DNA of 35,619 nt, from the IMG/VR virus record IMGVR_UViG_3300035698_035306, one strand, 5' to 3'. Shown one piece after another: positions 9,287-17,369 of the stretch; within the stretch, counting starts at the first letter, position 1; each line of letters starts with the position of its first letter. Below the pieces are notes generated by a model. The model made no database searches. It was not told where the DNA came from and saw only the letters and a program-made list of their open reading frames with translations. The DNA is from an uncultured virus (IMG/VR IMGVR_UViG_3300035698_035306) (lineage: Duplodnaviria; Heunggongvirae; Uroviricota; Caudoviricetes). A program made the translations under genes and the position numbers.

Positions 9287-9581
9287 CATTGAAACTATTG
9301 GCAAAAATATAACGAGACCACAATTGAATGAAATACAAGAGCAGTTTAAGTTAGAACAAGAGAAATGGGACTCAATAAAAGAAGGAATGCATTTTATTGT
9401 TGAATTTGGATATGGAGGTTGGTCAACAGATGCATTCCATCATGAAATATTTAAAGTTGATTCTGAAGCTCGAATATTATATTGTTATGACCATTCTCAA
9501 GATGGTATAAATGTTGAAATAACAAGGTTGCCAGATGAATTGTTTACATCAGAAGAATTTTATAAAAAATACAAAAGATGA
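9279..9581 (+). CDS. hypothetical protein
   Basis: 100 aa, operon packing. Confidence 0.7.
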   Translation: MDNIETIGKNITRPQLNEIQEQFKLEQEKWDSIKEGMHFIVEFGYGGWSTDAFHHEIFKVDSEARILYCYDHSQDGINVEITRLPDELFTSEEFYKKYKR

Positions 9582-9727
9582 TACAGTGGTTTTTAAATTT
9601 ATTTAGAACATGTGAACATGACTGGAAAGATTTAGGTTATGATTACATATTTATGAAAAAAGGTAAATTCTTTACTAAAAGATTTGAATGTACCAAATGC
9701 GGAAAGATTAAAACAGAAGGGATGTAA
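9578..9727 (+). CDS. small zinc-binding phage protein (C-x-H-x-W ... CxxCG), below the ORF-track cutoff
   Basis: MIQWFLNLFRTCEHDWKDLGYDYIFMKKGKFFTKRFECTKCGKIKTEGM*; ATGA overlap with the upstream stop. Confidence 0.7.
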   Translation: MIQWFLNLFRTCEHDWKDLGYDYIFMKKGKFFTKRFECTKCGKIKTEGM

Positions 9728-9843
9728 TATGAGACTTGCAGCAGAAGATAAACTTGATGAACTTAATAACGAAGGTTCAGAATTATTTATAAAATAAATG
9801 TATCAAAAAACTATGCAAACGATAGCATACAAATAACGAAATA

Positions 9844-10659
9844 ATGGAAAAACATAGAAACATAACATACTCACAGGAGAAACTATTCTTCACTTCTGAT
9901 AGTCATTTCAACCATGCCAAAATGATACTGCCCACTTATTGTGACAGGCCATTTAAGGATGCTGAAGATATGAACTCAGAACTTATAAGAAGGTGGAATA
10001 AAAAGGTACCTAAAGATGGAATTGTATTTCACTTAGGTGACTTTGCTTGGGGAAGTACAACAGGTGCCCAAAAGCTTTTAGAAAGCTTGAACGGTACAAT
10101 ACATCTTGTGATTGGAAACCATGACAAGACTGTACTTAAGAAACAATATACTCGAGATTTATTCGAATCTATTCAGCATTATGTTAAGATAAGAATAGGT
10201 GATAAAGATGCTATAGGTGGTAAAGGTTATCAAGAAATTGTTCTAATGCATTACCCTATATTAGCTTGGGACAAAATAAGACATGGTGCTTGGCATTTAT
10301 TTGGTCATGAACATGGTAACTTTAAACATCATACTTCTCATGGTCACGAATCTCATCAAGCTTGTATTGATGTAGGAGTTGATAACGAATATACGGACTT
10401 TGCACCACTTAGTTACCATGAGGTTAAAGATATAATCACTAAGAAAATATCTCAGCCAGTTAAGAAGACTGTATCATACGCTTTATGTGATGACCAGATT
10501 CTTAAGTTAGAAAAATGGCAAGCTAAAATTAAGAAGAAGTTTGGAAAATTTGGTAACTTTGAATTTAGGTTCAGACCGACAGGTATAGGAACTATTACAT
10601 TAGTTTGGAGTGATTTATTAAAAGAAGAATTAGATTTAACAGAAACTAAAAAATGGTAA
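9844..10659 (+). CDS. calcineurin-like metallophosphoesterase with a C-terminal extension
   Basis: TSDSHFNH, HLGDF, IGNHD, MHYP, LFGHEH, DVGVD. Confidence 0.9.
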   Translation: MEKHRNITYSQEKLFFTSDSHFNHAKMILPTYCDRPFKDAEDMNSELIRRWNKKVPKDGIVFHLGDFAWGSTTGAQKLLESLNGTIHLVIGNHDKTVLKKQYTRDLFESIQHYVKIRIGDKDAIGGKGYQEIVLMHYPILAWDKIRHGAWHLFGHEHGNFKHHTSHGHESHQACIDVGVDNEYTDFAPLSYHEVKDIITKKISQPVKKTVSYALCDDQILKLEKWQAKIKKKFGKFGNFEFRFRPTGIGTITLVWSDLLKEELDLTETKKW

Positions 10660-10660
10660 T

Positions 10661-10846
10661 ATGCAATTAAAATTAGAAAATATAAGAGTTTACAGTAAAG
10701 GATGCATCGGATGTGAAAATAATAAGAGAGATATTATGATTTCTTTTATGGAAGGCAAAGAGTTCCATGATATATTTCTGACCCAAGAGTTAGCTAAATC
10801 TTTTGCAGCTGAACTTGATAAAAAAATCAACGAAAACGAAGAATAA
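10661..10846 (+). CDS. hypothetical protein
   Basis: 61 aa with GCIGC. Confidence 0.6.
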   Translation: MQLKLENIRVYSKGCIGCENNKRDIMISFMEGKEFHDIFLTQELAKSFAAELDKKINENEE

Positions 10847-10856
10847 TTATCTTTTT

Positions 10857-10901
10857 ACTTTGGGTTCTGAACATTGTTTGTTACTTTTATCTTGTAATTA
10901 A
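10857..10901 (+). promoter_or_regulatory. repeated early-type promoter, copy 3
   Basis: ACTTTGG(10857) - CTGAA - TACTTTTA(10882) - TGTAATTAA. Confidence 0.75.
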
Positions 10902-10912
10902 TACTTAACACC

Positions 10913-11794
10913 ATGAAAATTCAATCACTTTCAGTTTGCGTACCAACAGATAACAAATGTGTTAACAGTTGTAAATTTTGCGTAAGCCGCTTACATACTA
11001 ATCCATACGAGAATCTATTTAACAAACATCAGAACTGCTTTAAAGCCGATGATGAATTAGATTATTCAAAACGCTTAAGATTTGCGAGAGATAATGGTTG
11101 TAATACAGTGATACTAACTGGAACAGGTGAGCCAATACAAAACAAACCTTTCTTAGAAACTTTCAGTAAGTTAAATGAAGCTTTACCAAGTCCTTTTCTT
11201 TGGGTAGAAATTCAAACATCAGGTGTTATGTTAGATATTGAAAATCTTTCATTCTTAAGAAGAAAAATTGGCGTCAATACAATCTCTTTAAGTGTTTCAG
11301 ACATCTTCAGTGATGAACATAACGCAGAAGTTGTCGGAATTGCACCAAAATTACAATTCAACCTTGATAAACTTTGTAAAGATATCAAATTAATGGGCTT
11401 CAATTTAAGGTTATCGCTTAATTTAATTGATACTTACTCACATTATACAGTAGAAGATATATTCAGAAGAGTAGAAGAACTCGGTGCAGACCAAGTAACC
11501 TTCAGAAAACTTTATAACTCAGGTGGAGAACATGAAGAAATTGACACTTGGATTATTGAGAATGGCTTAGATGATATAAGCATCGATTATATCAAAGACT
11601 ATATTACAAAAAAAGGAACAGCTCTAAACGTACTTCCATTTGGAGCAACTAAATATTCAGTAAATGGAATTTCTACTGTAGTAGATGAAGACTGTATGGC
11701 TGAAACAGTTAAAGACACATTCAAATATCTCGTACTTCGAGAAAATTGTAAACTGTACTCTGACTGGTCAGATAAAGGAAGTTTAATATTTTAA
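10913..11794 (+). CDS. radical SAM protein
   Basis: CVNSCKFC (CxxxCxxC), LTGTGEP, EIQTSG, ISLS. Confidence 0.9.
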   Translation: MKIQSLSVCVPTDNKCVNSCKFCVSRLHTNPYENLFNKHQNCFKADDELDYSKRLRFARDNGCNTVILTGTGEPIQNKPFLETFSKLNEALPSPFLWVEIQTSGVMLDIENLSFLRRKIGVNTISLSVSDIFSDEHNAEVVGIAPKLQFNLDKLCKDIKLMGFNLRLSLNLIDTYSHYTVEDIFRRVEELGADQVTFRKLYNSGGEHEEIDTWIIENGLDDISIDYIKDYITKKGTALNVLPFGATKYSVNGISTVVDEDCMAETVKDTFKYLVLRENCKLYSDWSDKGSLIF

Positions 11795-11803
11795 ATTGAA
11801 ACA

Positions 11804-12007
11804 ATGACAGACCAAGAAGTAAAACTAATTGAAGAGAATGAAAAACTCAAAGAGATTATAAGAGATAGAACTATGTTAACGGCAGATGTAATTAAACAAA
11901 TGCAACCTTGGGTAAATAAAGGTTCAGACATGCCAGGAGAACATCTCTACATTTTATTTCAATCAACTCTTAACAGACACCAAGAACTAGTAAACAAACA
12001 GATATGA
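11804..12007 (+). CDS. hypothetical protein
   Basis: 67 aa. Confidence 0.6.
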   Translation: MTDQEVKLIEENEKLKEIIRDRTMLTADVIKQMQPWVNKGSDMPGEHLYILFQSTLNRHQELVNKQI

Positions 12008-12369
12008 GAACTTTAATATTTACATGTATATTTGCATTATTTACCTTATTCGCTCTGCCTAGCGCAGCTCAAATAACTGACAACATATTCCCAGTCACAG
12101 AGACAATAGAATATGAAACTGTAATACTAAAAGGAGAATTAGATTTTAGCATTGAACAGTGGCGAGACTCACTTTATGCTAAAGATGTTATAATCAAAAT
12201 GAAAGTCAATTCAGAAGCTGACTTTAATCTTATAATTTATGTGTACGACGAAAATGAAGTACCATTTATATACAGAGACTTAGGTAGGAAAGGAGGTGGA
12301 GTGTATGAGATTAGTGTGAGAATTAATTTTTACACGAATGGACGGCACTTTTACGACATTTGGATATAA
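12004..12369 (+). CDS. putative secreted protein
   Basis: signal-peptide-like N-terminus ending SAA-Q, a pattern typical of Bacteroidota SPI substrates. Confidence 0.7.
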   Translation: MRTLIFTCIFALFTLFALPSAAQITDNIFPVTETIEYETVILKGELDFSIEQWRDSLYAKDVIIKMKVNSEADFNLIIYVYDENEVPFIYRDLGRKGGGVYEISVRINFYTNGRHFYDIWI

Positions 12370-12391
12370 ACAAAGACAATAAGATAAACAT

Positions 12392-12424
12392 AAAAAAAGG
12401 CTTTCAATTCTGAAAGCCTTTTTT
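12392..12424. terminator. bidirectional intrinsic terminator at the convergence of the two arms
   Basis: aaaaaaaggctttca-attc-tgaaagcctttttt. Confidence 0.9.
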
Positions 12425-12439
12425 CTTGTCTGTATCTTT

Positions 12440-12976
12440 TTAGAGACCTAAATCATCTTCAGCTTCTGCATCAGTTGCATCATCTGCAGCGTCTTCTGCT
12501 CCAGCATCCGCGGCATCAGCCTGTTCTTTATCTTTCTTATCGTCTTCAGCTTTTTCTTCTTCATCCTTTACATCAAAATAATCTTTGATTGCTACTACTA
12601 AGTCTTCAGTATCATTCAGTCTACCAAGCATCACTCTTTCAGAACCTATCTGATAATAAAGTAAACCATTATCAACATCAAAGTATTTGTCATCGTCTTC
12701 TACTTTAACAAGTAACTCACCTTCATCGTCTTCCTCATCACCACCATCCCATTTCATAATGTCATCTTGATTAACTTCAAAACCTGCTTGATTAAGAGCT
12801 TGCATTATCAATGTTGGTGTTGGGGCCACTTCCGAATAGTCAGGTTTTTCCTTTTCTTCTTTATCAGGGTCTTTATCTGGAGTTTCTTCTGCATCGTCAG
12901 CACCTGTTACTTCTTCAGGAGCATCACCTTCTTCAGCGATGTATTGTTCAAATGTCTTTATGTATTTTCTGCTCAT
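12440..12976 (-). CDS. very acidic putative virion-internal protein with capsid-targeting-like N-terminus
   Basis: MSRKYIKTFEQYIAEE; D/E-rich N- and C-terminal tails. Confidence 0.8.
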   Translation of the reverse strand: MSRKYIKTFEQYIAEEGDAPEEVTGADDAEETPDKDPDKEEKEKPDYSEVAPTPTLIMQALNQAGFEVNQDDIMKWDGGDEEDDEGELLVKVEDDDKYFDVDNGLLYYQIGSERVMLGRLNDTEDLVVAIKDYFDVKDEEEKAEDDKKDKEQADAADAGAEDAADDATDAEAEDDLGL

Positions 12977-12980
12977 CTTT

Positions 12981-13862
12981 TTAGTTTTTCTTTACTTCAG
13001 CATCTGTATAATTCTTCATTAATCTAAGAACCTTTATGATTGTCTTTTGATATGGACGAGCATAAGTTTTTACTTGAAATTTATCAGTGTCTTTAGTTAA
13101 TATAAATGGTTCACCTGATTTCTCACCACAACCATTGATTTCAATTTTATCGTAACTTACGATATAAGGCGCTTTTCCATCACCAGGTCCACTACAAAGT
13201 TTCTTACCTTTCATTAATGTCTTAACTTCATCTACGAAGTTCTTCCATTTTTGTTGAGATTTGATTGGGGTAATATTGATAATAAGAGTTTCACCTTCAT
13301 TGATAATACCCTCATTAGTAGGTTCTACGTTTAATAATTCCTTTGCTAATTTTAAAGCAGGAGCCTCATCAGCTAAACCAGCCTTAATTAATTTTGAATA
13401 ATAATGTGGGTCTTCAGTCAAATGGTCCATAGCTATTTCTTCAGCTTTCTCTTTGTCATCAGTATGTTCTATTTCTACAGCAATACCAACTTTAAGTTCA
13501 CTACCATCAACATCGGCTGAATCTTTCATATCACCTTTACCACCAGGGATAGTATCTTCGTTCACAGACTGTTTAACAGACTTTCCTGTGTAATCAGTAA
13601 TCTTCCCATAAACGTAAGGGACTTTCATCCACATGGCATCTTTATGCTTCTCTAAGTCCATGTTTGCTGCAAACTCATTATCATCCATAATATATCTGGT
13701 CATATCTAATCCTTTTTTCAAAGGTACTTTTTTCCAGTCATCATAAATATCAAAGATTTGTTTCTTGTCTTTTGTCACAAAGATAATACCAAGCTTATGG
13801 CCCTCATTTATCTCTGATTCATTAACAAATTGTTCAAATGTTTTTATGTATTTTCGTTCCAT
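12981..13862 (-). CDS. multi-domain putative virion-internal protein containing a DUF5661-like domain
   Basis: MERKYIKTFEQFVNES; ELKVGIAVEIEHT...EIAMDHLTEDPHYYSKL; repeated xNE[S/G/D] linkers. Confidence 0.8.
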   Translation of the reverse strand: MERKYIKTFEQFVNESEINEGHKLGIIFVTKDKKQIFDIYDDWKKVPLKKGLDMTRYIMDDNEFAANMDLEKHKDAMWMKVPYVYGKITDYTGKSVKQSVNEDTIPGGKGDMKDSADVDGSELKVGIAVEIEHTDDKEKAEEIAMDHLTEDPHYYSKLIKAGLADEAPALKLAKELLNVEPTNEGIINEGETLIINITPIKSQQKWKNFVDEVKTLMKGKKLCSGPGDGKAPYIVSYDKIEINGCGEKSGEPFILTKDTDKFQVKTYARPYQKTIIKVLRLMKNYTDAEVKKN

Positions 13863-13929
13863 TATTATAACGTTTTTTCAATTTCCTTTGTATCAAGACC
13901 TTTTAATGATTCAGCTATTAACTTATTCA

Positions 13930-14625
13930 TTATATTGAGATTCCATTTTTTATTAATTCTTTCATGTCATCATACTTCTTCTTATCTGATTCCCATCTTG
14001 CTTTACCCAATGCTTGAATTTCTTCAGGACTTGCATGTCCAGCTGAGTAAGGGAATACGCCGTCTATAGTGTGTCTTGCTTCTTTAAGCTTCTTTGCAAT
14101 TTCTTGAAGTTTATCTACAGTATCTGAGATGTTTACATCAATACCTTTTGGGTAATCAACTTCAGGATTAAATATCTCTTCAATTGCTGTAATTAAATTC
14201 TCTCTAATCTCATCACTTACTTTCTTAACTAATTCATCAACCTGAGGCTTAACTTTACCTAAGATATATTTGTATACTGTTGCTTTTTGTATACCGTCCT
14301 TAGTATCGGCTCCTGCCATTTTTGCAAGTTCACTTCTTTCTTTTCTTAGCCTTAATCTGTTTGGGTCAATAGTGATAAGTTGCATTTCAAAACTGCCATC
14401 AGGTAATGCATCCATAATATCTTTCTCACCAAATGCATTCTTTATTTGTTCATAACTAACATATCTTCCTGTAGAACCTCTTCTACCTCTTTCATAATGA
14501 CCTTTTCGTATCTTTTCGTCATATACTACATCACCAATCATCATCTTCCATTTACCTGCTTTAGCACTCCATGAATATTTGTCTTTATAAATCATAAATG
14601 CAGGTTGGCCATCTGAAAATCCCAT
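13930..14625 (-). CDS. hypothetical protein, probably the middle part of a frameshifted 13865-14930 gene
   Basis: 231 aa; flanking frames join at A-runs (see findings). Confidence 0.65.
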   Translation of the reverse strand: MGFSDGQPAFMIYKDKYSWSAKAGKWKMMIGDVVYDEKIRKGHYERGRRGSTGRYVSYEQIKNAFGEKDIMDALPDGSFEMQLITIDPNRLRLRKERSELAKMAGADTKDGIQKATVYKYILGKVKPQVDELVKKVSDEIRENLITAIEEIFNPEVDYPKGIDVNISDTVDKLQEIAKKLKEARHTIDGVFPYSAGHASPEEIQALGKARWESDKKKYDDMKELIKNGISI

Positions 14626-14930
14626 TAATGCAAGAACTGGAGTTCCTTCATATCCATTTTAAGATATCCAAATACTTTCTTCTTTTGAGTAGCTTTAATA
14701 GGTAGAGTTTGTCTGATTGAGTTTTCACCTCCTAATGCATCGTATCTGTCAGTAACAACTTTCATCCATTTAGCAGGCATTCCTTGTAATGAACCGACTG
14801 CTTCTAATATTGCAACATGTTCATCAATTTCAAGGGTTATTGCTTCTTGTAATGAATATGTAGGTTCGATTGATTCTGTGCCATATTCTTCTGCTAAGAA
14901 TTGGTCAAAGTTTTTAATATAGTTATCCAT
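14625..14930 (-). CDS. putative virion-internal protein N-terminus with capsid-targeting-like motif
   Basis: MDNYIKNFDQFLAEE; LQEA and ILEA motifs. Confidence 0.7.
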   Translation of the reverse strand: MDNYIKNFDQFLAEEYGTESIEPTYSLQEAITLEIDEHVAILEAVGSLQGMPAKWMKVVTDRYDALGGENSIRQTLPIKATQKKKVFGYLKMDMKELQFLH

Positions 14931-14963
14931 TTATATTGTTTATTTTATTTATTTATCGTTATC

Positions 14964-15278
14964 TTATTTGAAAAGCTTTTCCAATTCAGATTCACTGATT
15001 TTAACCCAATATCCTGCACCAGGATGAGATGAGTCATAAGAACCGTTTAATTTACTTTTCTTCTTTACGAAGATTGCAATGTAATCACCTATCTCAGCAT
15101 CTTGTAAATCAAGTTCATCTATCTTGTCAAGGTCTTTTGATGATGCTGGAAGTGCTTGTACCCACATTGAGTTATCAGCTATTGTAAATCTTAGGTTGAA
15201 ATTGATTCCTTCATATTTGAATTTAACTGATTCATCTATGTTTAGAAATTCATCGAATTTTTTAAAAGTATCGCTCAT
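14964..15278 (-). CDS. putative virion-internal protein
   Basis: MSDTFKKFDEFLNIDES. Confidence 0.75.
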   Translation of the reverse strand: MSDTFKKFDEFLNIDESVKFKYEGINFNLRFTIADNSMWVQALPASSKDLDKIDELDLQDAEIGDYIAIFVKKKSKLNGSYDSSHPGAGYWVKISESELEKLFK

Positions 15279-15295
15279 TATAGTATAAGTTTGTT

Positions 15296-15307
15296 TTATT
15301 ATATATC
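15296..15307 (-). promoter_or_regulatory. late-promoter-like motif GATATATAATAA
   Basis: Lies immediately after a terminator and ahead of the putative internal-protein genes; resembles T4 late TATAAATA. Confidence 0.5.
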
Positions 15308-15311
15308 CCCC

Positions 15312-15335
15312 AAAAAGGATGCATTAAGCATCCTT
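15312..15335 (-). terminator. intrinsic terminator
   Basis: aaggatgc / gcatcctt stem with a U-run on the - strand. Confidence 0.75.
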
Positions 15336-15354
15336 CTTGTTTCTTTTAAAAGAT

Positions 15355-15540
15355 TTATAAATCTAAATCCATATGTATCAATTGTAAGTTGTTTTGATAT
15401 AATTTGTAGACAAGGTCTTCCTTTGGTTCAGGTACTCCGTTTTCTTTCAAAATAACTTCAATCATTTGTAAGTTAATATCTAAATTCTTTTTAAGTTGTT
15501 GTTTTAATTTCTCGTAACTTTCTTTATCTATCTCTGGCAT
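15355..15540 (-). CDS. hypothetical protein
   Basis: 61 aa. Confidence 0.65.
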   Translation of the reverse strand: MPEIDKESYEKLKQQLKKNLDINLQMIEVILKENGVPEPKEDLVYKLYQNNLQLIHMDLDL

Positions 15541-15543
15541 CTT

Positions 15544-16029
15544 TTAGAATTTTAATTTTACGCATTCGTCACTTTCCTTTCTGTCTTCATTACCAAATAA
15601 TGAATCCCATATCTTCTGTAACATGCATTTCTTTTTTACTTTAGGTTGTTCGGTATATTCTCTAAATGAAAATTCTTTCTCGTTCTTCCTTGTTTTGTTT
15701 ACTGGCGTTTTACCGATATCATCAACACGAACTTCTTCATCGTATTCATAAATCTCTCTATTTGTATTAAGTTTTGTTCTTCTTTCACCAGCCTTTTTAC
15801 CTTTCTTTCGAGCTTCTTCAGGTGGTAAACCATCAAATAATCCATCTAAATACCCATCAATTTCGTTGTCAATTACTTCTTGATGTTTCTTTTTTATCTT
15901 TGCAGGTTTCTGCATTTTCAATCCTGCTTTACGGTAAATATCAGCCATAGACATATCTGCTGTGATAGTGTCTCTGCCATAATTATCATTACTTACAAAA
16001 TCGTCAAAACTTTTTATATAACTACTCAT
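15544..16029 (-). CDS. hypothetical protein with capsid-targeting-like N-terminus
   Basis: MSSYIKSFDDFVSND. Confidence 0.75.
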   Translation of the reverse strand: MSSYIKSFDDFVSNDNYGRDTITADMSMADIYRKAGLKMQKPAKIKKKHQEVIDNEIDGYLDGLFDGLPPEEARKKGKKAGERRTKLNTNREIYEYDEEVRVDDIGKTPVNKTRKNEKEFSFREYTEQPKVKKKCMLQKIWDSLFGNEDRKESDECVKLKF

Positions 16030-16058
16030 ATTGTTTATACACGCCTTTTATCATTTGT

Positions 16059-16625
16059 TTATTCGTCTGTTCCCATTAATTCAGCCATTTTTTCATTTAA
16101 TTTCACCGTGCACTTTTTATATTCCGATGAAAGCATTGCTATTTCTTTACTCATTCTCTTTTGCCTCTTATATAAATTATAAAAAGTCATGTCTTTTAAC
16201 AACTCTAATAATGTATCATCTGCTACTCTTGGTGATTGAATAATTGGTTCTCTAACTTCAAGTGTTTCTACATATTCAGCAAACTCATCCCAATTATCTC
16301 CAGTACATTTGAAGGCCTTGTCATCAAAGTAAACATCTGCGCCAATCTTTCTAGAATTTTGTCCTAAAAAGTAAAGTTGTCTTTCAGGTGAATTATCATT
16401 AAAATAGTGGTACTTAATTTCATTATCTGCTAAGAACTTAACTGCCTTAAAGTAATCATCTGTACCTATTTCTCTACATGTCCAGATAGTTATTATGTAC
16501 CCTAAATCGTAGAAATGGTTTATCCACTTCTTTGCTCCTGGTAATAATGCTCCTACATCTGGGAATTTCTCTGTTGCAATTGTTGCATCGAAGTCAATTG
16601 CTAAATTAATAAAATCTTTTGCCAT
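16059..16625 (-). CDS. HAD-superfamily hydrolase (BT0820-like) with a coiled-coil tail
   Basis: AIDFDATIA, IWTCRE, RKIGADVYFDDK. Confidence 0.85.
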   Translation of the reverse strand: MAKDFINLAIDFDATIATEKFPDVGALLPGAKKWINHFYDLGYIITIWTCREIGTDDYFKAVKFLADNEIKYHYFNDNSPERQLYFLGQNSRKIGADVYFDDKAFKCTGDNWDEFAEYVETLEVREPIIQSPRVADDTLLELLKDMTFYNLYKRQKRMSKEIAMLSSEYKKCTVKLNEKMAELMGTDE

Positions 16626-17009
16626 TTAGTTAATTGTTAGTCCTACTATTGTTATTGCCACACCTGCTCCTATGAAAAATCCATAAGCCCTCTTTTCTTC
16701 CAATCCCTTATCATAATCACTTAAATATCCAAGTGTTGGTATAATGATACAAGCAAGTCCAGCAATTAATACTGCAGTTTTGTTTACACCTTCTTGTGGA
16801 TTTCTCTTTAAAAATAATTTCGGTTCACTAGTTGGCTGTTTAGAATTAAACATAATCGACCTACTGTTATCGACTGTTAGCTTCAGTTCAGTTGTATTTG
16901 TATATGATAACATTTTTGTATCATTTGAACTGAAACTGGTCTGACTATTCTGACCTACGCATAGAATTGTAGCCATTGTGAATAGTAGAATAATTAATAA
17001 TTTTTTCAT
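16626..17009 (-). CDS. membrane protein with signal peptide and two C-terminal TM helices
   Basis: MKKLLIILLF...; two hydrophobic C-terminal segments. Confidence 0.75.
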   Translation of the reverse strand: MKKLLIILLFTMATILCVGQNSQTSFSSNDTKMLSYTNTTELKLTVDNSRSIMFNSKQPTSEPKLFLKRNPQEGVNKTAVLIAGLACIIIPTLGYLSDYDKGLEEKRAYGFFIGAGVAITIVGLTIN

Positions 17010-17019
17010 ATCTTATATA

Positions 17020-17340
17020 TTAGAATAATGCTCTGTCTTGTGCTTCTAACTTATCAACGTACTTTTTAAGGATATCCCCGTGACATGATTTGCCACCACC
17101 ACCTTTATTTTTACACCAGCATCCAAGCGTCTTATACTTGAGTTCATGTAAATCCTTCATTAGTTCAGGTTTAGATAGTAAGTGTTGTTCGAATGCTTGA
17201 ACGATTTCAGAACGGTCTGCATCTTCTGGGAATGTAGCTCTAAGTTCTTTAGGATAAGCCCACTTGTTATATTTACCATAAGGAAGTCTTCCTATATAAA
17301 TATCATAATCGTCTTTCTTAAAATGAACAACTCTGCACAT
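17020..17340 (-). CDS. DUF4326-family protein
   Basis: MCRVVH...YDIYIGR..KW..P...LGCWC...CHGDIL; ATG 17340 preferred over 17397. Confidence 0.85.
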   Translation of the reverse strand: MCRVVHFKKDDYDIYIGRLPYGKYNKWAYPKELRATFPEDADRSEIVQAFEQHLLSKPELMKDLHELKYKTLGCWCKNKGGGGKSCHGDILKKYVDKLEAQDRALF

Positions 17341-17369
17341 AGTTATTATATACAGAGTTGTCAAAAAGT

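Noticed and set aside
9729..9844. Tiny ORF MRLAAEDKLDELNNEGSELFIK* with a possible frameshifted continuation
   Set aside because: Too short to call. Noted only as a possible third A-run indel.
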